Numbered from the stretch's first letter, positions 20,250-29,073 are shown. The stretch is DNA of 64,000 nucleotides from an uncultured Anaerolineaceae bacterium (GCA_964525785.1 CAZGIX010000003.1:214-64213); one strand, 5' to 3'. Made by a program: numbers and translations. The notes: generated from the letters alone by a model not told the origin.

Positions 20250-21538
20250 TGTCTGAACCCGAAAAGCAAGCTGCCACCTCCCGGCCCAGGCCGGGGAGTG
20301 GCTGTGCGCGCCTGGTGCGCCGCCTGCGGCAGCCGGCCATCCCATGTTTACCGGTCGTTCGCCCGCAGCAGGTGCTGGCAGGAGGGCGCACACCCACCTG
20401 CCTGCAGAGGGCACTGAGCATGCCTGCGCGCCTCCCGTACAGTCTGTCGCGCTTGTGCGGCTGGACGGAAAAAGCACCCTACCGGCCGCGCCTGGTGGCA
20501 GGCCCGCTGCTGGGTACCTGTCTCGATGATCTGGTGCGTTTCGAACGCGTTGCGGGAAAAGAAGATGCCAGGCCAGGGACTCAAAGAGCACCCCTGCCGC
20601 CAGCACCGGAGAGCCTGCGCCCGGCCTCCTTAACAAGCGCCGAGAAAGCCACCTCCGCCCACCGGCTGGAACGCCCGCAGGCGTGGGCAGCCCAGGCGGC
20701 CTCGTTGCTGCGGCTTGCTGACAGCCCATCGAGGGATTTGCCATTTGCCCAACCCGCCCAGGCGCCCCTGGAGCTGCTTACAAGGAGCGCCGGGGGCATG
20801 CACACCCTTGCCGCTTTGGCTAAGGGAGCAGGGGCTTCCAGGCTTTCAGGGCATGCCGTCGTTCCGACCCGCGCTGCCGCACGCCTGGGGGTCGCACAAC
20901 CGGCCTACCTGCTATCCGAATGGGTAAACCGTCTCAGCCGACGCCTCATCCAGCAGCTTGAAACCGGCGATGCAACCAGCAGATTATCTCCTCAGGACTG
21001 GATTGAGCGTTCAATGGCACTGCCGGTTGCTGGCCCTCAAGCATCTCGGGATCTTCTTATTCGGCTGGTGGACATCTCTGTGCCAGGGGCGGGAGACTCC
21101 ACAAGACCCTCTCGCACAGGGGAGAAAGCACCCCCCGCGCTGCTGCGCAGCCCGGGGGAGAGATCCCCATCCGGCCTGCCCGCCTGGGAGGCTCCTTTCT
21201 CCAGGGCACCACGCCAAGCTGCCCCGGCTCCTACCACACTTATCCCGCCTGGCGCGCAGCAAGGTTTCTATCCCCAGGCTGGCGTCCTGCCGCTGCCGGG
21301 TGCCGGGCAGCCAAACTACCGGCCTCCCTTTGCACCGCCTTTAGCCGCCAGCACACCGCCGACCTTGATGACGCCGCAGGATGTTTACGATGCTCCCACA
21401 CCATACGCTGCGGCAGCCCTGCGCCAGGAAGCAAAAAAGGATGAAGAACTCCTGGTTCAGGAAGACCTGGATATGCTCGCCGGAAAGATCAAGCGCATCC
21501 TCGACGAGGAAGCCCGGCGTTTTGGGATCCCGACATGA
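20246..21538 (+). CDS. Pro/Ala/Arg-rich protein in the tape-measure position
   Basis: 430 aa with an ATGA overlap with the chaperone-like ORF. It is low-complexity, with an amphipathic C-terminus EDLDMLAGKIKRILDEEARRFGIPT. There is no motif-level support for function. Confidence 0.5.
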   Translation: MMSEPEKQAATSRPRPGSGCARLVRRLRQPAIPCLPVVRPQQVLAGGRTPTCLQRALSMPARLPYSLSRLCGWTEKAPYRPRLVAGPLLGTCLDDLVRFERVAGKEDARPGTQRAPLPPAPESLRPASLTSAEKATSAHRLERPQAWAAQAASLLRLADSPSRDLPFAQPAQAPLELLTRSAGGMHTLAALAKGAGASRLSGHAVVPTRAAARLGVAQPAYLLSEWVNRLSRRLIQQLETGDATSRLSPQDWIERSMALPVAGPQASRDLLIRLVDISVPGAGDSTRPSRTGEKAPPALLRSPGERSPSGLPAWEAPFSRAPRQAAPAPTTLIPPGAQQGFYPQAGVLPLPGAGQPNYRPPFAPPLAASTPPTLMTPQDVYDAPTPYAAAALRQEAKKDEELLVQEDLDMLAGKIKRILDEEARRFGIPT

Positions 21539-21568
21539 GTATCTATGCTGTTATGAGCCTGAGCCGCT

Positions 21569-22117
21569 ATGAAACCGATGCTTGATGATTTAGAGCTTCC
21601 GCTGGTCCAGGAGATCGCTACGCACGACCGCCGGTCTCTGGCCGAGCATAAGCCGCCCGGGATGGAGGGCAGCCTGCTTCAGAACCTTGGGCGCAGACCT
21701 GAGCGCCTGGTGCTGTGGGGCATCGCTGCCGGTGACGAGGCCCAGGATACCATCGAAAAGCTGGATGAGAAGTTCAAGAACGGCGGGCCTTTCGCCTTCA
21801 CCGCCGACATCTCCGCCGACTCGGAGATCGAGCAGGTGGTGATCGATGATTTTCAGGTGCAGGAGATCGCAGGCAAGCCGCAGCGCTTTGCATTCACCCT
21901 GGCGCTGCGCGAGTTTATCGAGCCAGTGGAGCCTGAAGATTTTTCTGCCCTGGGTGCTGACATTCTGGATGAAGCCGGCGAGCTGATGGACGACCTGCTG
22001 GGCGGCTTGGATATCGGCATCGACTTCGCGAGCGGGCTGGAGCGCTTTGCCAGCTCTATGAGCGACCTGTTAGGTCGCCTGCAGGAATTTAAGAATACGA
22101 TCGAGAACTCAAGGTAA
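21569..22117 (+). CDS. baseplate hub-adaptor domain protein (Mu gp43 / DNA_circ_N-like pattern), short paralog
   Basis: MKPMLDDLELPLVQEI...HKPPGMEGSLLQNLGRRPERLVLWG...GGPFAFTADI...EIAGKPQRFAFTLALREF. It aligns along its length with the first ~125 aa of ORF 22583-26269. Confidence 0.55.
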   Translation: MKPMLDDLELPLVQEIATHDRRSLAEHKPPGMEGSLLQNLGRRPERLVLWGIAAGDEAQDTIEKLDEKFKNGGPFAFTADISADSEIEQVVIDDFQVQEIAGKPQRFAFTLALREFIEPVEPEDFSALGADILDEAGELMDDLLGGLDIGIDFASGLERFASSMSDLLGRLQEFKNTIENSR

Positions 22118-22129
22118 TGGAGGTATCCA

Positions 22130-22555
22130 ATGGCAACTACCCCAGGTAGCCTGTTCGAGGATCTAAAAAATGCGTTGAAGGATTTCAAAGAATTCCTCGA
22201 CCAGAATGTCAACACCATCAAGCCTGCTATCGCAGCCCTTAAATCGCTGGTCCCGCAGATAACGGAACTGCTGGATAAGCTGGTCGAGCTGATGGGAAAG
22301 CTCAAAGACGAAATCAACGGACTGAACGTCAGCGCCATCCCGGGGCTGGCAGAGGCTTCCGAATTCACTGATAAGATGAAGGGTTTTCTGAACGCCATGA
22401 AGACGCTGCTTCCCGACGAAGCCGGGGAGATCGACAGCGTGCTGGAGGTAGCGAACCTGGTCACTGGACTGCCCTCCCTTGACGATGTCAAGGCCGAGAT
22501 CCTGGGCCTGATCGACGCCATCATCGGGCACCTCAATACCTTGAAGAGCGCCTAG
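22130..22555 (+). CDS. small all-helical K/E/L-rich hypothetical protein
   Basis: 141 aa with no TM segment. It appears more AT-rich than its neighbours by eye, and it is wedged between the two hub-adaptor paralogs. Confidence 0.55.
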   Translation: MATTPGSLFEDLKNALKDFKEFLDQNVNTIKPAIAALKSLVPQITELLDKLVELMGKLKDEINGLNVSAIPGLAEASEFTDKMKGFLNAMKTLLPDEAGEIDSVLEVANLVTGLPSLDDVKAEILGLIDAIIGHLNTLKSA

Positions 22556-22582
22556 AAAAATGTGTGAGACGCGCGGGGAGCC

Positions 22583-25500
22583 ATGCCGGTAAAACCTATG
22601 TTGGGCGATCTGGAGCTGCAGTTGGTTCAGCAGCTTGAAGCAGCCGAGCACCAGGTGCGTGCCCAGCATGCCGTTCCGGCGCTGGAGGGCGATTTCCTCC
22701 AGGCGTTGGGACGCCGCGCCACCAGCTTCACCCTGGCGGGCGTGCTGTCTAATGAGGATGGCACCGTGGGTGAGGAGCTGAAAAAGCTGCGAGAGAAGTT
22801 CCGCCAGGCAGAGCCCGTCGAGTTCGTCGCCGACATCTTCACCGCTGTGCGCGTCGATACAGTGCTGATCGAAGAGATGAGCGTGCGCGAGCTGGCGGGC
22901 AAGCCAGAGCGCTTCGAGTATGCCTTCACCCTGCGCGAGTACATCCCTGCCCCTGCACCCGAAATAGAACCTCCGCCTCCACCGCCGCCGGCGCCTACTA
23001 CCAGCCTGATCGTGACCGTTATTGTGGATGGCCAGCCCGGCTACGATTTCAGCCAGGTGGAAGTGAAAGTGGAAGGCACGCAGGAGGATGGGAACAGGCT
23101 GGACCGGGCACTGACCAACCGCAACGGAAACGTCTGGGAGGAAGCCACCTTCCCGCCCGGCAGCTACCGCGTGATCGCTGTCGGCCCTGACCCGGTGGAA
23201 ACTGGTGCGGTGATGGCAAACGAAGCCCAGGCCGAAATCTTGGAGGGTGAACGCGAAGAGGTCACTATCACGCTGACGCCGGGGCAGCGGCGCAATGTGG
23301 CAGTCGCCTTGGTAGTGCATTACTGGTTCGACAAGGCTTTTATCGAGCCGTGCCTGCGCCCGGTGCTGCGCGAGGTAGCGCAGCGCGCGGCTGGTGGACG
23401 CGAGAAGCTGCTCATTGTGGGCCACACAGACCTGACCGGCTCCGCCCAATACAACCAGGCACTCTCGGAACGGCGCGCCCGCGGCGTACACGCTTACTTG
23501 ACATTTAAGAATGATCCGGATGCCGCCGTAGCTGAATGGAACGAGCTGCGTAAAACCCGCACTGTGGGCGTGACCAACACGCTCAACGATACCTGGGGCG
23601 TGCGCGAGTACCAGTATATGCTCCAGGATCTGGGCTTCTACACCGGGAATATCAACGAGAGGCATGATGACGCCACAGATGAAGCCGTGCGCGCTTTCCA
23701 GCGCTCCAAAGGGCTGGACGACGACGGTATCATGGGCGACCAGACCTGGCCTCTGCTGATACGCGACTATCTGGCGCAGGACTCTCTTTCATTGGACGAC
23801 AGCGTGTTCTTCCCGAATGCCCGCGACGGCTGTGATGGCGGGCTGGTGCGCTGGATCGGCTGCGGCGAGCTGGACCCGGTGGAGAACACCCAGGACGCCT
23901 GGCGCCCCAACCGGCGGACCGAAATGCTGTTCGTCATTGCCTCGGAGATCCCTTGCGATCTTCCCCGCCCGGTCACCTGGGACATTCGCCCGGATGGCAC
24001 CGATGCGCCGGAGTGGTGCCTGGGCCCGGGTGACATCAACAAGCCCTGCTGCTTCCTCTCCCGCAGCGCCCAGGCCTCCGACAAATGGCTGGTTCAGCCC
24101 GCCCACCCGGAGACTGTACAGGTGAGCGGTCAGATCACATTCGACGATGGCATCACGCCCTATGCCAACAAGCACTACGCGCTGATCGCCGCGGACGGCA
24201 AATTCCTGCACAAGAAAGTGCAGAATGGGCAGGAAGTAGAAGATAAGGGCGAAGTACCCTCCGGCGCGGATCGCGGGCGGCCTATTTTTATGCTCACCGA
24301 CGACCAGGGCAATTTCTCCCACCCGGTGAACACCCCAGTTGGTGTTTACATTTTGGAGCTGCCAGACCTTCAGCCTCCTGAGCTGGCACGCGAAGAGGAG
24401 GATCCCCCTTCATCCGCGCGCGGCAACGTGGTGTGCCTGGAGATCGACCCGCCCGCCACGCCAGGTGGCACGATCCCCGCCCAGCACGTGATCGTCCAGC
24501 CCGGACCGGTGCCGCCTGCCCCCGTCAACCCAGCCATTACCCTGGGGGTTCCGTTTGTGGCGGTGAAAAAGCCGCATACCAACCCGCCGCGCGTGCAGGT
24601 CACTTTGAGAAGCGACTCGGCCTTCAACGGCACCGGCACGCTCGACCGCTCGGGCAACACCGCCGCCGTGCGCCTGTTCGACGCTGCCACCGGCGGAAAC
24701 GAGATCACCTTCAACGGAACAGATAATGTCTTTCCCGGGAGAGGTCTGGCAGCCGGATTGCAGCTGTTTGCGGAAGCCGGCCCGGCGCCCAGTGGCGCGG
24801 TGGGCGATTACACGCTCACGCTGACCTTAAATCCGGCCGCGGCTGCCACACCGGTGGGTCCACCAGCTACCGCCTCCCTGACCGCCGTGCTCTTCACCCT
24901 GGATATTGGCTTGAGCCGTCCGGCCCCAGGGGTAGACCCGCCCCTCATGTCTGAAGCGGACAAGATCAACGTTGGGCGCCATACACAGCTGGGCGACCCG
25001 GCGTTTTCGCATGAACGCACCATGATTATCGTCCGCCAGCCCACACCGGCTGTCCCATCCACCCTGGAGCTGGTTCCTCAGAACGGGCGCGTGCAGCTGT
25101 TTACTCAGGAGACGCCCGCTGGAGGGCAGGCAGCGCTGGGCACCCCGCAAGTCATCGGTGGTGCAGGCGCAGTGCCTGCGGAGACGCGCTTATTTGCAGA
25201 GGGCGCCTCAGTCAGCACGGCGGTGCGGGATACCGGCTTTATCCTGCGCGTGCGGGAGCTGGGGGCGGAAGTGGACCGGGTGGCAATCACGGTTTGCTCC
25301 GCAGCGCTTACCAACAATACTGCCCCATTTAATACCCCGGTCGCCAGAGTCCAGATTGAGGGCATCCTGAACCGGGAATTAAATCCCAACGCGGGCACCT
25401 TTGCCCTGGCAGATTTGTTCGGCACTCAAGCCAATTCATTATTCAGGGCGCGGGTAGATATTCCGGGCGTGGCGGGGAACACACTCATCGCCGTACTGGT

Positions 25501-26269
25501 CAGCAGTCTGGCAAATGGGACGCAAATCGAGCGCCAGAATGTCACCCTGACGCGCACCACCGGCAACCGGTTCGCCTCGCTGCCGCTGCTGGCTATCCCG
25601 GATGCCATACCGCGCAACGAGATCACCTTTGCCAACCCACAAGACATCGAGGTGATCCGGACGCGGGCCGGCGGGCGCCTGCGGCTTGAATTCGACACCC
25701 TGTCAGGCGTAGCTGTCCATACGGTGCGAGTGCGTGGCCGCGTCCTACAATTGTGCTCGATCACCATCCAGGGAGCGGCGCCAAATATCAACGGCAACCT
25801 GACCACTGCCAATCGTGTGATGGCCCAAAATGGTACGGAGTTCCGTCTCACGACCCTACCCAATGTGAATAATCCGGTGCTGCTCGACATCCAGCGCACA
25901 ACCTGCCCGCTGACCATTGGCGGGGATGCCAACCGGTCAGCAGAAGAAACCGCTCTGTTTGCCCTTGGACGCGCCGGCTGCGCTGCCAACTTCATTGTCT
26001 ATTTCATCCGTTCGGACAGCATGGGTTTGAATGGATGCTCGGCTTTCCCGGCGGGGCAACCCGGGGTCACAGTGTCAGACATTGCCAGCCAATATACCTT
26101 CGGGCATGAGATCGGCCATGTCTTACACCTCCCACACGACGGGCGGGCGAACAACCTGATGACCGGCGCCGGGACAGCCGGTCTGCCTGCCAACCCTGCC
26201 AACGTCTTTTTGGAACAGGACCAGTGCACGCTGATGAACAACAGCGGATTCTTGACTTTTATCGAGTGA
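22583..26269 (+). CDS. giant hub-adaptor fusion: Mu gp43-like N-domain + Pro linker + OmpA-like + PG_binding_1-like + long beta-rich region + C-terminal metzincin-like motif
   Basis: The N-domain is PMLGDLELQLVQQL...LEGDFLQALGRRATSFTLAG...ELAGKPERFEYAFTLREY. The linker is PPPPPPPAP. The OmpA_C motif GHTDLTGSAQYNQALSERRARGVHAYL lies at about 23297-23510. The PG_binding_1-like segment LGFYTGNINERHDDATDEAVRAFQRSKGLDDDGIMGDQTW lies at about 23593-23770. The Zn motif HEIGHVLHLPHD (26105-26140) is followed by NNLMTG. Confidence 0.7.
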   Translation: MPVKPMLGDLELQLVQQLEAAEHQVRAQHAVPALEGDFLQALGRRATSFTLAGVLSNEDGTVGEELKKLREKFRQAEPVEFVADIFTAVRVDTVLIEEMSVRELAGKPERFEYAFTLREYIPAPAPEIEPPPPPPPAPTTSLIVTVIVDGQPGYDFSQVEVKVEGTQEDGNRLDRALTNRNGNVWEEATFPPGSYRVIAVGPDPVETGAVMANEAQAEILEGEREEVTITLTPGQRRNVAVALVVHYWFDKAFIEPCLRPVLREVAQRAAGGREKLLIVGHTDLTGSAQYNQALSERRARGVHAYLTFKNDPDAAVAEWNELRKTRTVGVTNTLNDTWGVREYQYMLQDLGFYTGNINERHDDATDEAVRAFQRSKGLDDDGIMGDQTWPLLIRDYLAQDSLSLDDSVFFPNARDGCDGGLVRWIGCGELDPVENTQDAWRPNRRTEMLFVIASEIPCDLPRPVTWDIRPDGTDAPEWCLGPGDINKPCCFLSRSAQASDKWLVQPAHPETVQVSGQITFDDGITPYANKHYALIAADGKFLHKKVQNGQEVEDKGEVPSGADRGRPIFMLTDDQGNFSHPVNTPVGVYILELPDLQPPELAREEEDPPSSARGNVVCLEIDPPATPGGTIPAQHVIVQPGPVPPAPVNPAITLGVPFVAVKKPHTNPPRVQVTLRSDSAFNGTGTLDRSGNTAAVRLFDAATGGNEITFNGTDNVFPGRGLAAGLQLFAEAGPAPSGAVGDYTLTLTLNPAAAATPVGPPATASLTAVLFTLDIGLSRPAPGVDPPLMSEADKINVGRHTQLGDPAFSHERTMIIVRQPTPAVPSTLELVPQNGRVQLFTQETPAGGQAALGTPQVIGGAGAVPAETRLFAEGASVSTAVRDTGFILRVRELGAEVDRVAITVCSAALTNNTAPFNTPVARVQIEGILNRELNPNAGTFALADLFGTQANSLFRARVDIPGVAGNTLIAVLVSSLANGTQIERQNVTLTRTTGNRFASLPLLAIPDAIPRNEITFANPQDIEVIRTRAGGRLRLEFDTLSGVAVHTVRVRGRVLQLCSITIQGAAPNINGNLTTANRVMAQNGTEFRLTTLPNVNNPVLLDIQRTTCPLTIGGDANRSAEETALFALGRAGCAANFIVYFIRSDSMGLNGCSAFPAGQPGVTVSDIASQYTFGHEIGHVLHLPHDGRANNLMTGAGTAGLPANPANVFLEQDQCTLMNNSGFLTFIE

Positions 26270-26272
26270 ATT

Positions 26273-26743
26273 ATGCCAACGCGAGAAGAAATCATAGCAC
26301 TCATGCAGGAAGATGAATTCAGCGGATTAGGCAGGCTGATCGAGATGGGCGAAGAGGCCGTGACCCTCTTAACCGACATTTTGAAAGATCCGTCTGCGCC
26401 GAAGTACCTGCGCTACCGGGCAGCCATCGCGCTGGGAGAGATCGGGGCACCCGCCTCTGCCGATGCCATCCAGGAGACCCTTGAAGACGATGATCCGGTA
26501 CAAAAACAGCTGAGCATCCGCGCCCTGGCTAAGATCCAGGGCAAAGAGGCGACCAGCGTACTGATCGCCTTACTGGATGATCCCGATTTTTCTGTTGCCA
26601 AGGTTGCCATGCAACTGCTATCCGAGGTGGGCGATGAAACCGCCCTGGCAGCCCTGGAACACCAAAAAACCGAAAACCCCGAACCGCTTCTGCGCTCGCA
26701 GGCTGAGGCTAGCATCCAGGATATCCAGCGCCGAATAGCTTAA
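26273..26743 (+). CDS. HEAT-repeat (PBS-lyase HEAT-like) protein
   Basis: 156 aa, starting 3 nt after the previous stop. Repeats are YRAAIALGEIGAPASADAIQETLEDDDPVQKQLSIRALAKIQGKEATSVLIALLDDPDFSVAKVAMQLLSEVGDETALAALE. Confidence 0.7.
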   Translation: MPTREEIIALMQEDEFSGLGRLIEMGEEAVTLLTDILKDPSAPKYLRYRAAIALGEIGAPASADAIQETLEDDDPVQKQLSIRALAKIQGKEATSVLIALLDDPDFSVAKVAMQLLSEVGDETALAALEHQKTENPEPLLRSQAEASIQDIQRRIA

Positions 26744-26753
26744 GAAATCTGCT

Positions 26754-27818
26754 ATGGACACGACCTTCCTCACCCCGGCCTATAAGCTCACTTTCTCCCA
26801 GGCGGCGCCTGCCGCCGGCGGATCTGTCGGCGCCGCCCTGCCGGTCGCCTCCGGCGGCAAGGTAGTGGATACCACTGACGAGCCGCAGGCCTCTACCGTT
26901 GTGGAGCTGATCGTCGCACTCGACCTGGAGGCGCCGGCTGACTCCCTTACCCTGGTGATGGGGCAGGTGGGCACCTTCCGCCCTCAGAAGGGCGACCAGG
27001 TGAAAGTGGAGCTGGGATATGTCGATGCTGAGAATGGCCTGCAGCACGTGCTCACCGCAGACCTTCTGAACGTCGAGCCGGGCGTGACGCAGCGGCGGCT
27101 GGTAGGTCATTCCAGTATGCACAAGCTGCTCGCCTCATTTGCCGATGAGCATTTCGAGAACAAGACCGCCGGGGAGATCGTGCAGGATCTGGCGGAGCGC
27201 GCCGGGGTGCCGGTAGAGCGCGCCGAAGCTGGCAGCCGCTTCCAGGCTTACGTGATCGATGGGCGGCGCAGCCTATACCGGCACATGCGCGACCTGGCTG
27301 ACCTGTGCGGCTTCGACCTTTATGTAAACCCGGAGGGAGAGCTGATCTTCGAAAAATTCGTCGGGGGCCAGGCTGTGCATGTCTTCGAGTTTGGCAAACA
27401 CATCCTGGACCTGCAGATAATTCAGCGCGAGCCATTTGCCGCCTCAGTGGAGGCCTTGGGGGAAAGTCCCGGCGGTGGGCAGGACGCCGAAGCCTGGGCC
27501 TGGCTCACCAAGGACTTCGCCTCCAACAAGGGCAGCGCCGGTCAGGGCGATCCGCTCTATCTTCTGGAGCGCCCTGCCCTGCGCAACGCCCAGGCAGCCC
27601 GCACCGCTGCCGAAGCGCTCCAGACCCGCTTCACCCGCGATATGCTGCGCGGCCGGCTGTACCTCATCGGCAGCCCCCAGGTGAAGCTGGGAGACGCCAT
27701 CCGGCTGAAATCGCTGCCGGACGAATCCCTGAACGCTTCCTACCAGGTGCGCGCTGTCACCCACCGCATCACCAAATCTGCCGGCTTCACTACCATGATT
27801 ACTTTCCGGAGCATCTAA
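26754..27818 (+). CDS. baseplate hub protein, gpD / Mu gp44 / gp27-like
   Basis: 354 aa. Motifs are FENKTAGEIVQDLAERAGVPVE, YVIDGRRSLYRHMRDLADLCGFDLYVNPEGELIF and a C-terminal YQVRAVTHRI. It lies directly before the spike gene. Confidence 0.7.
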   Translation: MDTTFLTPAYKLTFSQAAPAAGGSVGAALPVASGGKVVDTTDEPQASTVVELIVALDLEAPADSLTLVMGQVGTFRPQKGDQVKVELGYVDAENGLQHVLTADLLNVEPGVTQRRLVGHSSMHKLLASFADEHFENKTAGEIVQDLAERAGVPVERAEAGSRFQAYVIDGRRSLYRHMRDLADLCGFDLYVNPEGELIFEKFVGGQAVHVFEFGKHILDLQIIQREPFAASVEALGESPGGGQDAEAWAWLTKDFASNKGSAGQGDPLYLLERPALRNAQAARTAAEALQTRFTRDMLRGRLYLIGSPQVKLGDAIRLKSLPDESLNASYQVRAVTHRITKSAGFTTMITFRSI

Positions 27819-27852
27819 ACACCTTGACCGCTGAATACCTGCTCACTTTAGA

Positions 27853-28671
27853 TTGGAGATTTATCCTTTGACTACCATTCTCAGCACCATCCAGGAGATC
27901 GTCCGCCACGAGCTGCGCGCCGTACGCATTGCAGAGCTTGGGCTGGTAGAGGATGTCTACCCGCATGAGGCGGACTCAGATGCGGATAACTACGCCTGTG
28001 ATGTGCGCCTGAAGAACAGCGGGCTGCTGCTCAAACGTGTCCCGGTCGCCTCTGGGCATATCGGCACCGTCGCCATCCCCAATGTGGGCGACCTGGTGCT
28101 GCTAACTTTTGAAAAGGGCGATATCAACCAGCCGGTTATTATCGGACGCCTGTACAGCGATGATGATCGCCCGCCGTTCAACAAGCCGGACGAGGTCATC
28201 TTCCGCCTGCCCCTGGAGAAGGACGACGACGAATCGATCCTGGCCTCGATCAAGAACCACGGCGACCAGAGCCCGCCGCGGGAGGTGCTCCTGCAAATGC
28301 CGCCCAAGCTGAACGTGAAGATCACCGACGGCACCCTCACCGCCACAGCGGGCAAGACCGAGCTGAAGCTGGATAACCCCAACACCGGCGGCGGTACGGT
28401 GACCGTCTTGGCTGGGGGCACCAAGATCACCATGGACCAGGACGGCGATGTCAGCATCGAGGTGATGGGCTCGATGAGCGTCAAAGCCAACGGCGATCTA
28501 AGCCTGGAAGCTACCAGCATATCGATCAAGGCCCAGGCGAACGTGGATATTCAGGCAAACGCCTCGGCAAACATCAAAGCTAGCGGGATGCTGGGTCTGC
28601 AAGCTGGCGGAGCCGCCACGCTCCAGGGCGCAGTGGTCAATATCAAGGGCGTCACAAACTTCTCGATGTGA
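27853..28671 (+). CDS. central spike protein, gpV / gp5 OB-fold plus beta-helix
   Basis: The OB-fold reads GLVEDVYPHE...YACDVRLKNSGLLLKRVPVASGHIGTVAIPNVGDLVLLTFEKGDINQPVIIGRLYS. The repetitive beta-helix tail reads LKLDNPNTGGGTVTVLAGGTKITMDQDGDVSIEVMGSMSVKANGDLSLEA. The TTG start is uncertain. Confidence 0.8.
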   Translation: MEIYPLTTILSTIQEIVRHELRAVRIAELGLVEDVYPHEADSDADNYACDVRLKNSGLLLKRVPVASGHIGTVAIPNVGDLVLLTFEKGDINQPVIIGRLYSDDDRPPFNKPDEVIFRLPLEKDDDESILASIKNHGDQSPPREVLLQMPPKLNVKITDGTLTATAGKTELKLDNPNTGGGTVTVLAGGTKITMDQDGDVSIEVMGSMSVKANGDLSLEATSISIKAQANVDIQANASANIKASGMLGLQAGGAATLQGAVVNIKGVTNFSM

Positions 28672-28680
28672 GCACAGACT

Positions 28681-29013
28681 ATGCCTGGACCACCCGTCAC
28701 CATTGGCTGCAGCGTCGTTATCACCCCGGGAGCTGCTGGACCGCCGGATACCGGCACCATCCTGGGCATCTTCCCACCCTTCATAACCGCCAACGGCATG
28801 CCCCTGGCGACCAGCGGATCGATGTGCCTGATGGTCAATTCGGTATCGGGCATCCCATACCCGCTTGTCATTGGGCCGCTGGCTAGCAGCGGGGTGCGCG
28901 TGGCTGGTAAAGCACTGGTGCGTATGGGCGACCGCATCCCTACCCCGCCCGGCATACTGATCATCGTAGGCCCGCCAGCCACCAGCTCGATCATCGACAC
29001 CTCACCACCGTAA
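28681..29013 (+). CDS. PAAR-like spike-tip protein
   Basis: 110 aa directly after the spike gene. Two PAAR-like turns are present: ANGMPLATSGSMC and VAGKALVRMGDRIPTPPG. There is no literal PAAR motif. Confidence 0.5.
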   Translation: MPGPPVTIGCSVVITPGAAGPPDTGTILGIFPPFITANGMPLATSGSMCLMVNSVSGIPYPLVIGPLASSGVRVAGKALVRMGDRIPTPPGILIIVGPPATSSIIDTSPP

Positions 29014-29073
29014 GGCGCTGGTAGTTTGCGGTGCAAGAAATCAAAGGCGACAACTATATCGAGGAAATGATGT

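Noticed and set aside
19575-20744. 389-aa minus-strand ORF overlapping the chaperone-like and tape-measure-position genes
   Set aside because: It has an Arg/Pro/Ala/Gly-rich junk-like composition and no motifs. It lies antisense to a continuous + strand operon. This is a typical shadow ORF of GC3-rich coding sequence.
22163-23665. 500-aa minus-strand ORF
   Set aside because: It lies antisense to ORFs that carry clear motifs on the + strand (the hub-adaptor domain and the OmpA-like motif). Its composition is low-complexity. I treat it as a shadow ORF.
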